A program made the position numbers and the translations under genes. 64,000 nucleotides of DNA from Phoronis australis (taxonomy: Eukaryota > Animalia > Phoronida). The notes below the pieces were generated by a model. The model saw nothing but the letters and a program-made list of their open reading frames with translations, did no database searches and had not been told where the DNA came from. The first letter of the stretch is position 1; every line of letters begins with the position of its first letter. This document shows, piece after piece, positions 40,256 to 53,173 of the stretch. Location of the stretch: positions 1,442,858 through 1,506,857 of the forward strand of contig NMRA01000031.1 of the NCBI GenBank assembly GCA_002633005.1, written 5' to 3'.

Positions 40256-41528
40256 TGTCAAGTTCATCCAACTTTCTCCCGATTAGAGTGTCAAATTAAA
40301 TTTAGAAAGTTCACAGCTAAAAACGAAAATGTCTCCGTCGACCGTCTCTCTCGAAAGACGCAACCAAAAATCTGCCAGCATGTCGTTTTTTAAGGATTAG
40401 CCTACGTGGAATTTTCGCTTCGAAGAAGTTTTGGCACCACCTTCCCCATGACGAAATCCTGGATCCACCAGTGTGAGACTACACAAAACGGTGCGCAGAA
40501 GATTTCAGTATAACCCGAAGATGACAAGTGGCGCCTGGCACGGTGCGTCATCGGTCTTCATGCTTAGGCTGCTGACCCGACGAGGACCTTTCCCCCACTC
40601 TGCTTGTCAAATCTGCAATACTACATTTTACAGAAAACATTAACAGTTTATGACAAGCGAAGTGAATTCGCAAGAACGCAACAGAAGTACATAAAGGAGG
40701 ACAATTCAATGCCTACCGAGCTACAGCTTAGTGCAAATGAAAAAGTCCGATCCTAGGCGGTGTACCGACGGCCAAAAAAGTTATAAACGCTCAATGGTCT
40801 CTAATTAAGTTAAGATTGGAGAATGAACGGAAGGCACACAAAAGCACCCACTTTAAGACTTGTGTCCATTTACAAATGCCACCAGCTGCGCCTATAGATG
40901 AAGCTTGGATGCAAGCGAGACACTACGGAGCTACAGACCCTCATTTACGAGAGGCCTATTAGCGGACGAAGAGAAGATGGCGCGAAACATTGCATGCACT
41001 GTATTGCTCGTGACGCATACACGGTGTTCATAAAACATTGCGTTTCAACCACAGTAACGTCAGATATTAAACAGACTTGCTGAACTATGGATCAAAATGT
41101 CGACCCATCAGGCTCGAATGGGAAAACAGAACAAGAGTCGCATATTGAGAAAACAGTAGGTAGCTTTAATTGTAGTATGAAGCTGCATCTTTTGGGAAAG
41201 TTATGAGAACATTCAGTTCTTAGTAAAATGATCGGACAAGAATTACATTTGAAAATTTGGGGCGTTTCAGTAACGTGAACGATAGTTTTAGCGTCTTAAA
41301 ACGACATAGGAATATGCTCTAGACGATAATGAAGCGGCTATAATACAATATAAATGTGTGTTAAGACATTTCATTTCAAGGAGAAAAGGAGAGGCTTCAA
41401 TTCTTTCCATTTTTTTACTTCTACAGGATACTCATTGCAGCTTGCAGGTTCACCAGTCACCATCACAGTTGCTTGTTAGACGTTGTGAGTCATCTACTAT
41501 GGATTTGGAGGTGATATTTTAATTATTC

Positions 41529-41681
41529 CAGGGGCGGATCCAGATTTTTGAGTGGGGGGCAGGGCAGAGCATTAGCCAGGATTTTGCCCGTCAGACATTC
41601 GTACCCCCGAACTGCCAGATGTTATCTTGGAGAATTTTAGGGGGGAGTGGCTCCCATGGCCCCCCTCTAAATCCACCACTG
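41529..41681 (-). mobile_element. CAGTGG-type G-rich MITE, homolog of 15910-16067
   Basis: caggggcggatcc...aaatccaccactg, flanked on both sides by tattc (candidate 5-bp TSD). Confidence 0.8.
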
Positions 41682-42347
41682 TATTCGCGGGTCGCATATA
41701 AATGGCTTCATACTTGTAGACAGAATTTGAACAATCCTATAGCCAGCCGTAATATACAAAAAGGTACACCCCACGCGATATATTACACATATTCCGCTCT
41801 CACTACTCGGTTGTAGCCCTATCTCAAAAACCTTGGCTACTGCTGTGTGTATCTTAAAGAAGAATGCCACTCAAAAACAACCCATTTTGTATCAATTTAG
41901 ATCGAGTAGTTCTACTCTATAACGGCACGTTTGGTTGCATTACCTGACACCTGACGGCAGACGGAGGTGTTGAAATTATCCAATAACGTCACTAGTTTCA
42001 CACGCAGTCTGTTCAGCAGTTCACAACACGGGAAACTTGTGTCAGCTTATCGCTTGATTTCATCGTTTAACACCATTAAATCATCAAACTTCGATGTAAA
42101 ATCCTTAAAAATACACCGAGTTCTTATAAAAACGTGTTGTTTTATTTCGATGTTACGGAATTATTGGTATTTGGACACACCGTAGCCTACAAAGTTTGGC
42201 TGGCCAATTTACCAATGTCCGTAGCAGGAGTTTGGGGTCTGTTCGGAGATAACTTCGAAGTATTCTTCCGTGAAATACAGACAGGAGAACCTAGATCTGT
42301 GTTGTTTAGACTAGTGATTTTTTGCGTTCTAAACACAGAAAACGCTT

Positions 42348-42458
42348 GTTATCCCGGCCAGTGGCTCGGACCCCGATCAGGCCCGTCGCGGCCGGACTGA
42401 TTCGTTATCCCGGCCAGTGGCTCGGAACCCGATCGAGCCGGCCCGTCGCGGCCGCCGG
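42348..42458. repeat. GC-rich direct duplication (about 56-bp period) inside the Kolobok element
   Basis: gttatcccggccagtggctcgga..ccgatc..ggcccgtcgcggccg occurs twice. Confidence 0.85.
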
Positions 42459-43163
42459 GACTGGCACGACTATAAACCAGCTTGAGTTGGAAACTAAACC
42501 TCCAGTCACGAAAATACGTTAATAGTGAGCCAAAGAAATAACGTGCACGTAATTATTTTTGTGAATTAGCCACGAAACTGAAAATCTACTTACTAGTTGG
42601 GGACCGTGAAGTCGGGTTCCCCTTCCACAGACCGTCAGGGCAAAGGTTTTACAGTAACAATGATTTGAATAGAGTATTTGATTCCCCTAACATGTGACCG
42701 TAGCATATAAAATCGAGTAATTGTTTTGCAACAGCTTACTGTCAGCAAACACTGAATTAGCATGCGCTCACACGGCCTTGGCGTCCTATCAATTACCTTT
42801 ATTGCCGGCATCAAAAGCCGATAACGCAGTGGTTTATTCATTGCTGGCTTATCAACACTTGCACTCACGAATACTCCAAAGGCATCACACATTGTGTCTA
42901 ATGATACAGACTTTGTTTCAGTTTTATATGAGCATTGGTTTGGATGAGAATAATTCATTTTGAAACAGAACGCAGAATATTAAATTTCTACATGGCAACT
43001 CGCCAGGCGCCAATCCCTACTTAGCCAAGAGCTCACCCGACGAAGATTTCAGGGGTCGGATCGTTAGGTTTCACAGGCTCAGTTCAAACCAGAATACACT
43101 GATTAAGAAATACTAGGGTTGTGCCGTGATAGTTCTTTGGTAAACCGGAATTCGTGAGAGAAA

Positions 43164-43379
43164 TTACTGTCGACTATCGAAATGCCTGCCACAGACACGG
43201 AGATGCTTCACGGCCTCATACATGCTATTAACAGCGTACCTGTCGTTCTTCATTACCGCGAGCCACTTCCTAAGTATTTTGGGCTTTTGAGGAAGTCGAA
43301 AAAACGACGTACCCGCTTTCTTCGCAGCTTCATAGTTCGGACAAGCGGGAACGATGCACCGCAATATAGCGGCATTCAC
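43164..43379 (-). pseudogene. THAP zinc-finger fragment (transposase N-terminus)
   Basis: CIVPACPN...FFRLP...RKWL...RVCGRHF. A 4-bp insertion relative to copy 2 frameshifts it after HF. Confidence 0.85.
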
Positions 43380-43990
43380 TCTGCAGACGAACCACTGACG
43401 TCGCTGCGTCGTTTCTTACCTTCTTCACAGGTTAACGCGACACCTCTCGGCATGGTGAGGTCGACCGTATATGAGACCATGTGGACATAGACCGATTAAG
43501 ACGGTTAAAAAGACTAATTAAATTGGGTGGCATTCTCCTTTAAACTCTTAAAGAGGCATTCTACCTGTGGAAGCGGGACTAGTTGAAAAAGTTTTTACTT
43601 AAAAGATATTTAGCCGCCCAAACTACATAAACCGTCAGACCAACATCTGACTACCGGAGAACTTAGAGTCAGTCTCAGAATACACAAAAATGGACGTGGG
43701 TATAACCCCTGGGAACTTTACAAGGTGGCTAACAATGAGCTAGTTTAGATATTCGAGGTAAGTTTTAGTGTTATAAGGTGTTTTCCAAATGCCTACTTTC
43801 CGCCATCATCTAGTTGGCATTCAGTGTAACCCTATTATCAATTTTAAGCAAGGAGAGAGATCAGTACACGCGAATCGCCATGTGCTGCAAACTAAGCAGG
43901 TGATCACAACACCTTCCGAAATTCTTAATTCTGCAAAACTGTAATAGGATTTAACCGGGTTCTTCATTATCTAGTTAATATATCACACAT

Positions 43991-44548
43991 TTTCAACAAA
44001 ATTACGTGGTTGAGATTTCTGGGGCTGGCACGCACAACTCAGAAAGGGGTTTTGTTTGTCACAGGCCATTTAGTAACCAGTAACTTCCATTTGAATCACA
44101 TGGATTTGTTTATTACAGTACCACGAATATATGAGCTAGCACCTTTTTGTGCGTCGTTTTTGAGTTTCTGGAGAACCCTTTCCAGAGGGCAATTTGTCTG
44201 TCATGAGTCATCCGGTGTTCATTGCAGCACGATTGTTGGCTTTAAGTCAACCGGTACCTCGAATGCAACTCAAACTTTCAACGGTTTACCGTGGTTGAGA
44301 TTTTTGGGGATTTCTGGCGGGCACAACACAGTGCATTTTTTCTGTCATGGGGCATTTAGGGATCAGTGACATGAATTGAATCACGCGGAATTGTTTTTGT
44401 GGTACCTCGAATGTATGAGTTACCTCAGGGGGTCCCTTTTGATTTCTGTCCTACCCTTTCCAGAGTGCAATTTGTCTATCACGGGTCATTCAGTGTTCAG
44501 TGCAGTACTATTGTCCGTTTTAAATCAGCTTTGGCCGGTACCTCGAAT
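43991..44548. repeat. Diverged tandem duplication, about 285-bp period
   Basis: cgtggttgagattt at 44005 and 44290. Both units contain accctttccagag.gcaatttgtct and end ccggtacctcgaat. Confidence 0.8.
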
Positions 44549-47059
44549 AGTTTAATCTAGCTCACTTTTGGCCCCCTTGTAGGGTCATCAGGGGGTCACA
44601 CCCAGAGTGCAGACAACGGCAGACGTCCATTTCTGTAAATACTGAGGTGGACTCTAATTGTCCCTATGGTCACATGTTGGAACCTAGTTCATCTCACAGG
44701 CATCCTCAGCTTCTGATCTTCCCCCAATACGTGAATAATACGCTTACACGAAACTCACGCATTTCTAAAGATATGCGTGACTTTTCACCGCTCGTCCTTC
44801 TGGGCGGCTTTTACCGGGATCAAAGAGAGTGCGGCGCCAGAGTCGGACTCATTTGCGATGACGGCATTGTCTGGTGCGAGCAAGACCCAATAAGGGGAAT
44901 TACCCGACCATAAACTGTAGTAAAACACCTCTGCCTGTACATATTGGCGACTTTTCAAAATGCCTTAACCATCAGTTTTCGTTAAAAATGCAAATACCAC
45001 AGCTGTATTCAGATTTAAAAAACAACCAAGTTTGATTTTCGATTTTTAAAAATCGATGAACTATTTAGCTAAAAACTACAAACATTGGGTACGATTGAAG
45101 GTAAACGACTGTGCGTATTGATATACTCGGTGATTTGCAAACGCTGACCAGAGTCAACAACATCACGTGGATTATTCTCTTAATATCTAAATAAGCTACA
45201 TCGAAACATCTATAAATTAGATGTCATTAACTTTTGAAATATCGCTGATGGCCCAGTCCATGCCGAACTAATTTACTCCAGGAGTAGTACACTTACCAGA
45301 AAACTGCTATTCGCGGAAATGCGCCAGTGTCGACAGTTAGCTTGTAGTTGTAACGCCTGAGCTGATGGAGGTGGTAGAAATTATGGCGGGAACTAGCAAC
45401 GACTAAGAGGTTGTAAAAATTTGTTAACTGCGATTGTGTGAAGATCACTTTGAATGAAATGCGACGCACTCTGAAAACATGATTACACGTTCACGTAGGG
45501 CTTGCAGGATAATCGTGACGTACAATGACCGATGGCAGTATCCTACTTCAAAAATCAACATACACATGTAGCGGGCATTTATAGGCTCTGTCCTGTGGTT
45601 TTTGACAGCTGAAGCGGTGGTTCGGTATCATTGAATTGAGTGTCGAAAAATGCCCATCTCCAAGAGATGAGAAAAAGAGGTGCGTTTTTCTATTTTATTT
45701 CAAATCAGCTTCAATGGTGCAGTGTTGCGACTGCCCAACACTCGTGTGTGCCAGTTAGTGAGTCATTGAAAGCCAATTGTCAGATGTTAGTGACTGTTTC
45801 TGCAAGCCAGGGTTTCAAATATTGTTTGCCTGCTTGCCTGTGTCTATGTTGCGAGTTCGAGAATTTGGCTCAAAGCGATGCAGCGGGTTCATCTTTCTGT
45901 AAGTAGTGAGGCGTAGGTTTCAAGTGAGTGGAGGCAATGACCAAAGCCAGCTATGATCTTGTGCCTAGAGAAGAGCAACAGAATTATTTTGTGTGATTAG
46001 ACTGGAGTCAAGTTTTACAAGAATGTAGGACAACAGTATATATCATTCTATTCACTACTTGCACGAATTCGCCATTATGCTTGAAAGCAAGGTGTTGTGT
46101 CCAAACTACAAACTACACTGGTTCTGAAAGATTGAAACACGAGAGCTTTCACGTTGGCGAACTAGAAAGCGCGATGGATAATAAAAACCTTGAACCCGTT
46201 GAGCGAAACAGATACCAGTTTCTAACTGGGAGGGAGAAATCACTGGGCTCTGTGTTCTGCATTTAGCTTAACGTGACTTAACGAAAATCCCAGTCACTTT
46301 GTGTGAAAACTCGCCAAATCTGGGATAGAACATTGCCGACCCCCCCGTACCGCTGTCACCATAACTAAACATTACGCACACCCGTTCTATTTTCCGTCAA
46401 TATACTTTCCATTCGCTGAGTTTTCAGATACAAATTACTCTTACACCGCGTCAGGCGATCGAAGGCTGCCGATTTTCACTTCATTCCAACAACAGGGGAA
46501 CCGACCTCTCTGATCTCTTAAAAAATGTTTACCAGCGCCATTGCCCATAGACGGCATTATTGTGTGTTGCGTGTCTCTCACGCGTCGTCTAACCGAGTTG
46601 TGTTGCGTCTCGCATTGGACTTTCAGTCAATATAAAGTATGTTACGTGTTCCTCTTATTGTTGTTTTAGATGTCTCCTTTCGTCCCTTAACCCTGGCGCC
46701 GAGCTCATGATTTATTCAGATACATTTCCGAGTTGTATTTTGGTTTTCTCAATTCAACTTAGTATACAGAAAACGCACACGACCAGAAACACCGGAGTGA
46801 GGCGTGCACATGCACACTCTTTTACAGTTCTACGAAAGGTAGCAATGTCGGATGTTGTTTAACATGGCTTCTCATTGGTCAAAGTAATGAAACCGACGTC
46901 ATAACATTCACTCATTTGCATTGGTTGTAATCTGGGAAACTCCTTTCAGTTTACAGTTACCAATTTTGCGATCACCTTTGACTAGAATGGTTGCATATTA
47001 TTAAAACGGGTAGTGATCAAAGTAAACAAAATCAAGGAAACTCCGATCCAGTGGCTTAA

Positions 47060-47784
47060 AGGAAAATGCCACCCGATTTAATTAGTCTTTTTTTACCGTC
47101 TTAATCGGTCTATATCCATATCGCCTCTTATACGGTCGACCTCACCTTGCCGAGAGGTGTCGCGTTAACCTGTGAGGAAGGTGAGAAACGACGCAGCGAC
47201 GTCAAAGGTTCGTCTGCACAGTGAATGCCGCTATATTGCGGTGCGTCGTTCCCACTTGTCCGAACTATGAAGCTGCGAAAAAAGCAGTTATATCGTTTTT
47301 TCGACTTCCTCGAGAGCCCGAAATGCTTAGGAAGTGGCTCGCGGTAGTGAAGAATGAAAGGTACGCTGTTAATAGCAAGTATGAGGCCGTGAAACATCTC
47401 CGTGTCTGTGGCCGGCATTTCGTCGACAGTGATTTCTCTGACGAATTCCTGCCGAACTTTGTAGGCTACGGTGTTTCCAAAACCGTAACAGCGAAATAAA
47501 ACAACACGCTCTTTTAAGAACTCGATGTATTTTTAAGGGTTTTACATCGAAGTTTAATGATTTGTTGGTGTTAAACGATGAATTCAAGCGATAAGCTGAC
47601 TCCAGTAACCCGTGTTGTGAACTGCTGAACAGACTGTGCGTGAAACCAATGACGTCACTGGATAATTTCAACACCTCCGTCTGCCGTCAGGTGTCAGGTA
47701 ACGCGACCAAACGTGCCGTTATCGAGTAGCACTACTCGATCTAAATTTATACAAAATAGGTTGATTTTTGGGTGGCATTCTCCT
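47060..47784 (+). mobile_element. Kolobok-like THAP element, internally deleted copy in opposite orientation
   Basis: ttaa|aggaaaatgccaccc ... gggtggcattctcct|taaa. Reverse-complement homolog of 41858-43539 lacking about 945 bp (42201-43146). Confidence 0.85.
47221..47450 (+). pseudogene. THAP zinc-finger fragment
   Basis: CVVPTCPN...FFRLP...RKWL...RVCGRHFVDSDF. Confidence 0.85.
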
Positions 47785-48059
47785 TAAAGCCCGAACGAGT
47801 ATAGTGCATTAAGGCGTGTGCAAGTGGTGGCAATGTTCTCGGTATTCTTCCGATTTAGGCATGCGCATTGATGCCTACACATGGAATTCCGTGTGTCGTT
47901 CATCATGTTTCCACAGGGCCACTTTTCAGTATAAGTGGTGCTGTGTCAGAGGTTAAGAGGCGCGCGTTTCACGCAGCAACGTCGCCCGAGTTTCATGAAC
48001 AATTCTGATTTCTGTCCGTTTATTTTCTGCTACATTTTCAACGCCTGTTTCATATATAT

Positions 48060-48888
48060 GTATGGAGTTGGAAACTCTTGCTCAAACGCAGCTGTATTGG
48101 GTGAATGTGGAATTTATCCGCTCTATGGAAAGTATTATGTCACGTGTGTAAAATATTGGCTAAAGTTATTGAAAATGCCACCTACTAGAAACGCTAAAGC
48201 GGCTTATGACATGTTAGTTGATTTAGATAAGAATGGAAGAAATACTTGGGTATCTTCTGTTAGACAATTGCTATCAAAATACGGTTTTTATCAAATTTGG
48301 TTGAATCAAGGTGTCACGTGCGAAGTCTCGTTTTTAAGTTTCTTCGCGCAAAGAGTTAATGACTGTTATGAGCAAGGTTGGCGATCAGAAATTGAGCATA
48401 ATGCAAAACTTAAATTCTACTCTAACTTTAAGACTCTGTACTGTTTTGAACCATATCTTAAGTTACCGCTACACAATAGTCTTATTCAAGCGTTTACTCG
48501 TTTACGTTGCTCCAACCACAGACTACAAGTGGAAGTGGGTAGACACGAGAAAGTGGAATATTACAATAGATTATGTATGGCTTGCAATGATGGTCTTGTA
48601 GAGGATGAATACCATTTCCTGTTGGTTTGCAAGGGATATTGTGAACTTAGGTCACGTTTTATGAAGGAATTTCAATGGAGGCATCCAACTCAAGAATCCT
48701 GTATACGCCTGCTCGCTAATCCAGATATATCTGCTGTTAAATATGTGTATTTTGCCCTTAAAAGACGAGAACAACTCTTAAATGGGTTGACTGCTTGTGC
48801 AAATGTGCCTGATTAATTGTTTTGTTTATTGTACTTTGGGCCAGAGGCCTTCAATACAAATACAAATAAACTATAAACTATAACTATA
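48060..48888 (+). pseudogene. RTE-X-like LINE 3' part: ORF2 C-terminus, 3' UTR and microsatellite tail
   Basis: NAAVLGECGIYPL, KYWLKLL, RLRCSNHRLQVEVGR and RLCMAC...EDEYHFLLVC. Stop at 48816, then aataaactataaactataactata tail. Confidence 0.85.
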
Positions 48889-50004
48889 TTGCTTACTAAG
48901 GGTGCCAAAATGCATTGACCTCACGACAGTAACAGATCAGCTGTGAACCACAGGTAGTGAATTTATAAAAAATGTTATTAATTTAAAGTTTGGAACTTCA
49001 CCACAAACTTTGTAGCGAATTTCAGGTGAATTATTGTTTGACTTTGCTACTCGCTGTGGCGACTTCGTGGCCAAATCGAGCACTAAATATATATGAATTG
49101 TAATATAGGGTCCAATTCGTAAATCTTCGGAAGCTCAATTGGAAGACATTCTGTGCAGACAATGAATTCAGCCAACAGAGTTCTTTTAATTTGGACTCTT
49201 TTGTTATGTCGTCAAGCAATGTAAGCATTTCTCTGCACACCGTTTCGTCAACACCCAGGTAAATGGACTTTCATTCCCTTTGTGTTTAGGATACTGAGTT
49301 GCAAGAGTTCATTACTTTTCTTTACACTTTTTTACCAGGCAAAACAACTTGTGGCCCGAGAAGAGCAGCGACAGCCTCGTTCTGACAGTTTAGGTCCGAT
49401 GACGTCGAAATGTGAAGTAGTAGCAGAGCTGGGAAAAGCTTTCAGCAAAATGAATACCACACTGTCGTCCACGTGGTTGGTAGGGAGTATTTAGACTAAC
49501 TGTCATTGTGTTTTAGAATAAAAGTAATTCGCAGTAAATTGATTATATCTGAAGTCCGTAGCAAGTTATTGAAATGTTAAGGCCGTAAAACTTTGGGAAC
49601 TGGACCTTTGGACTCACCCCACTGGGTCATTGAACTGTCCCTCTGATTCTCCTCCCGCCCAGTATCTCGTCCCCTATCTCCTCTAAGTTTCACTCGTCCA
49701 GTTGTCTGACTGTCGTTTCGCGAATAAGCTAGGGATTTGGGACCTTGCTCAAGCACACTACCTGCTAGTAAATGGTGGCCACTGACGTAAGTTGTCGTGC
49801 CTGGAATGTTCAATCGTGGATTCAGTAGAATTCACAGTTCCGTTCTATTATAGAAACTTTCTCTTCGTAAGTGTATGGCAATGGGGCTATTTGGAGAATT
49901 CCCCTCGCGGTGTCGCTTCTGTACTAGTGGTGATGCAATTGCGCATGCGTCGCTGTCTGCATGTAAACAGCTGGTAAAAAGACGGATTGTTATCAAAATA
50001 CGTC

Positions 50005-53000
50005 GTAATACTCAATTCGAATCATTCCTGCACAACATTCATTCTAAAGAATTATTTTTCGACATTATCTTAATACAAGAATCATGGTTAACCACGACCA
50101 GCTGCCTTTCAGTCTTTCAAATTGACGGTTACAACATGTACTCCAAACCTGCATCTGGCTTATGTTCAACACACGGTGGCCTTATCACTTACGTAAATGA
50201 TAATCTTCATGTCAAAAAAATCCAAGTTCTTGATACTAATTCTACGTTCGAAGGCCTACTCACTTTTATCTCTATTAACAACAAAAGCATCTGCCTCGGT
50301 AACTTTTACAGACCGCCGACTTCACTCGTTAGAACCTTTGACGTGTTTATTGAAGAGTTCTGTCCCATCACCGAAAACCTTCAAAATCAGCGTAAAACAA
50401 TGATTTTAGGGTGAGATTATAACTTAAATCCTCTAGAGACACAAACAAAAAATAAAGTTCAAACATTCCTGGATTTTATGACAAATCACAATTTAAGACC
50501 TTCAATTACATACCCTACACGTCTTAGCCCCACATCAGCAACTTTAATAGATAACTTCTTTACATCAACATCATACGGTCACATACATACACACTCTGGT
50601 ATTCTTCTCTCTTCGATTTCAGACCACTGTCCTATCTTCATTGCTTCAAAATCGATAAAGAAAATCCACCCTAAACGCCCTACTTTCGTCTCAAAATATT
50701 CTTACACACCGCAAACAAAAACTCACTTTCTCAATAGCTTACGGAACTGCAATATCATTGAAAGCTAGACCGCAGCCTAGATTGTGACCCCAATCACAAC
50801 TACGCAATACTCAGTGATACTTTGACATATCTCACGAAAAAACACTTTAGTCCGAAAAATGTTAGATATAATAAACACAAACACGCGCTTAACTCATGGA
50901 TTACACATGGTATTTTAATTTCCATTCGTTACCGAGATAAACTGTACAAACAAACCATGACAACCCCTCGCAACAGACAATCCTACGCTACATGCCACAA
51001 CAATCTTAAAGTATACAACAAGATTCTCAAAAAACTATTGATTCCGCCAAGCAATCTTACTATTATGACACATTCGAAAAAGGGAAGTCTGACATAAATA
51101 AAACATGGGATACAATAAAGACAGTTATGAACAACGGCGTTCGAACAAAAAATGACACCCCAGAATGTCTCTTACGTTCAGATAACACTAACACCAGTGA
51201 CCTACCCGAAATGGCAAGTTTATTCAACACCTACTTTACCCAAATCGGCCCATCCCTTTCTGAATCACTAACTATGATAAAAAACATAAATTTCAAAGAC
51301 TATCTTCCAAACAAATTTAAGTTCTCTTTCAAACCAATCAATAATATACATGTACTAGATATTATAAGAGACATGGACGCAAAAGCAGTCCTTTTATAAT
51401 TGAACCTCTCACGACCATCATCAACCAGTGCTTGCACACTGGTATATTTCCAGATGCTCTAAAGATTGCTAAGGTGATCCCAGTTTTTAAACAACATGGT
51501 TTGGACCCAGAGCACAAGGGCAATTATAGACCCATTTCTATTCTTCCAACAATCTCAAAAATTATAGAAAAAATTATCCATAATCAACTTTCAACTTTCC
51601 TAAATGAAAATGATATACTTAATAAACATCAATATGGTTTCAGGAAATGTCATTCTACAGAACTTGCTACGCTTGAACTTTTAGACCGCAGTTGTTCCCA
51701 TCTTGATAATGACACGAATCCCGTGGTCATCTTTCTAGATCTCTCGAAAGCTTTCGACACAATAGACCACCACTCTTGCAAAAGATAAATCACTATGGTA
51801 TTACTGGAGTTGAATATACACTGTTTAAAAGTTATCTCTCAAACCGCACGCAATATGTTTCACTAAGTGATACAACTTCCAGTTGGTTACCAATATCTAC
51901 TGGAGTTCCCCAAGGCTCTGTCCTTGGCCCACTTCTCTTCCTAGTTTACATAAATGATCTTTCGTTTTCTTCTCCCATGGACACACTTCTTTATGCTGAC
52001 GACACTTGCCTCGTCACACCTTACAAACTGACTGAATCTTCCCAACACACTTTACAGCAATCAACCACCATCAACAACAACCTTAAATCTATTTCAGACT
52101 GGTTTTCTGTGAACAAACTTTCAATTAACAAATCAAAAAGTAAATTAATGATCTTCCACTAGCTCCAAAAGAAAATTGAAAAATGTATTATTCCCACCAT
52201 TTATATAAATAGCAAAACAATATATCATGTGAACAGTTTTCCTTTCCTTGGTATTACTGTTGACAAAAACCTCTCATGGTCCCCCCCACATTAACCTCAT
52301 CTCAAACAAACTTAACAATCTCGGTGGACTCTTATACAAATTGAAATCTTATCTTCCTCTTCCAGCTCTCAAGTTGATATATAATTCACTTGTCCTTCCA
52401 CATTTAAACTATGGCATCGCAACTTGGGGTTTTGGCAACACTACGAAACTTCAGACAGCCCAGAAAAGAATTCTTAGGAATATATCAAATTCCAGTTATA
52501 ATGCTCACTCTCTGCCCATATGTAAGGAACTTTGCCTCCCTCTTGTTCAAGACATCTTTAAAATCTCTATTGCAAAATTTTACTACAAATTCCTCAATAA
52601 TCAGCTTCCTAAGTATTTTTACACTAACAACTTCTTTTGTAAACCCATCCAATATAAGCCAACCAGACACATTAAAAGTCCTACATACCTGAGTCAATAC
52701 TCAGCTACTATACCGACAATACAACCCAAAATTTTAATTCCTCCGTCTAACAAATTGTCATCAAGAGCCTGTATTAGATTTCAGATTCCTCGACTTATAA
52801 ACAACAACGAAATACCAGTCTCTGCTCTAAATATAATAAAAATGCATTCTTTGCAAGCATTCTCCAGGTTCTTAACCAATTTTATTATTAGCAACTACGA
52901 TCCAGTTTGTCATATTTCCAATTGCTTCATATGTAACAGTATCTAATTGTATTCTCAAAATCTCCTGAGCTGTGCCACTTTACTTCTTGGTTCCTGGCGT

Positions 53001-53173
53001 GTCGGTCGTTTTCAGCACTAATTCACTGTTTTCTTAAGTATTCCTACTGATTTTTGCATTTCCATTTGTTTATGTTGTACAGGGGACCTTCTTATTAGCG
53101 GTCAATAACCTTTAGAAGGCCTCCTAATTGAAATCAAATTTTAATCAATGTATTATTATTATTATTATTATTA
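50005..53173 (+). pseudogene. CR1-group (L2/Crack/Daphne-like) LINE, 5'-truncated, many frameshifts and stops
   Basis: APE: IQESWL, GGLITYV, NFYRPP, PTRL, LIDNFF, SDHCPI. RT: NYRPISILP, QYGFRK, DLSKAFD, GVPQGSVLGPLLF, YADD. C-terminus YNSLVLPHLNYG. (ATT)n tail at about 53151-53173. Confidence 0.93.

Larger units (their letters stand above)
41858..43539 (-). mobile_element. Kolobok-like DNA transposon derivative with THAP domain
   Basis: ttaa|agaagaatgccac ... gtggcattctcct|ttaa. THAP C2CH ORF at 43164..43379. TTAA TSD, RR termini and THAP together match the Kolobok superfamily. Confidence 0.85.

Noticed and set aside
43182-43490. Paired similar ORFs 43182..43490 and 47128..47418 as a conserved gene
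   Set aside because: They are antisense shadows of the THAP region in two copies of the same transposon.
47935-48059. N-terminal 40 aa of the 293-aa ORF as a novel fusion protein
   Set aside because: Fortuitous open frame upstream of the LINE junction. It has a GTG start and no evidence of expression.
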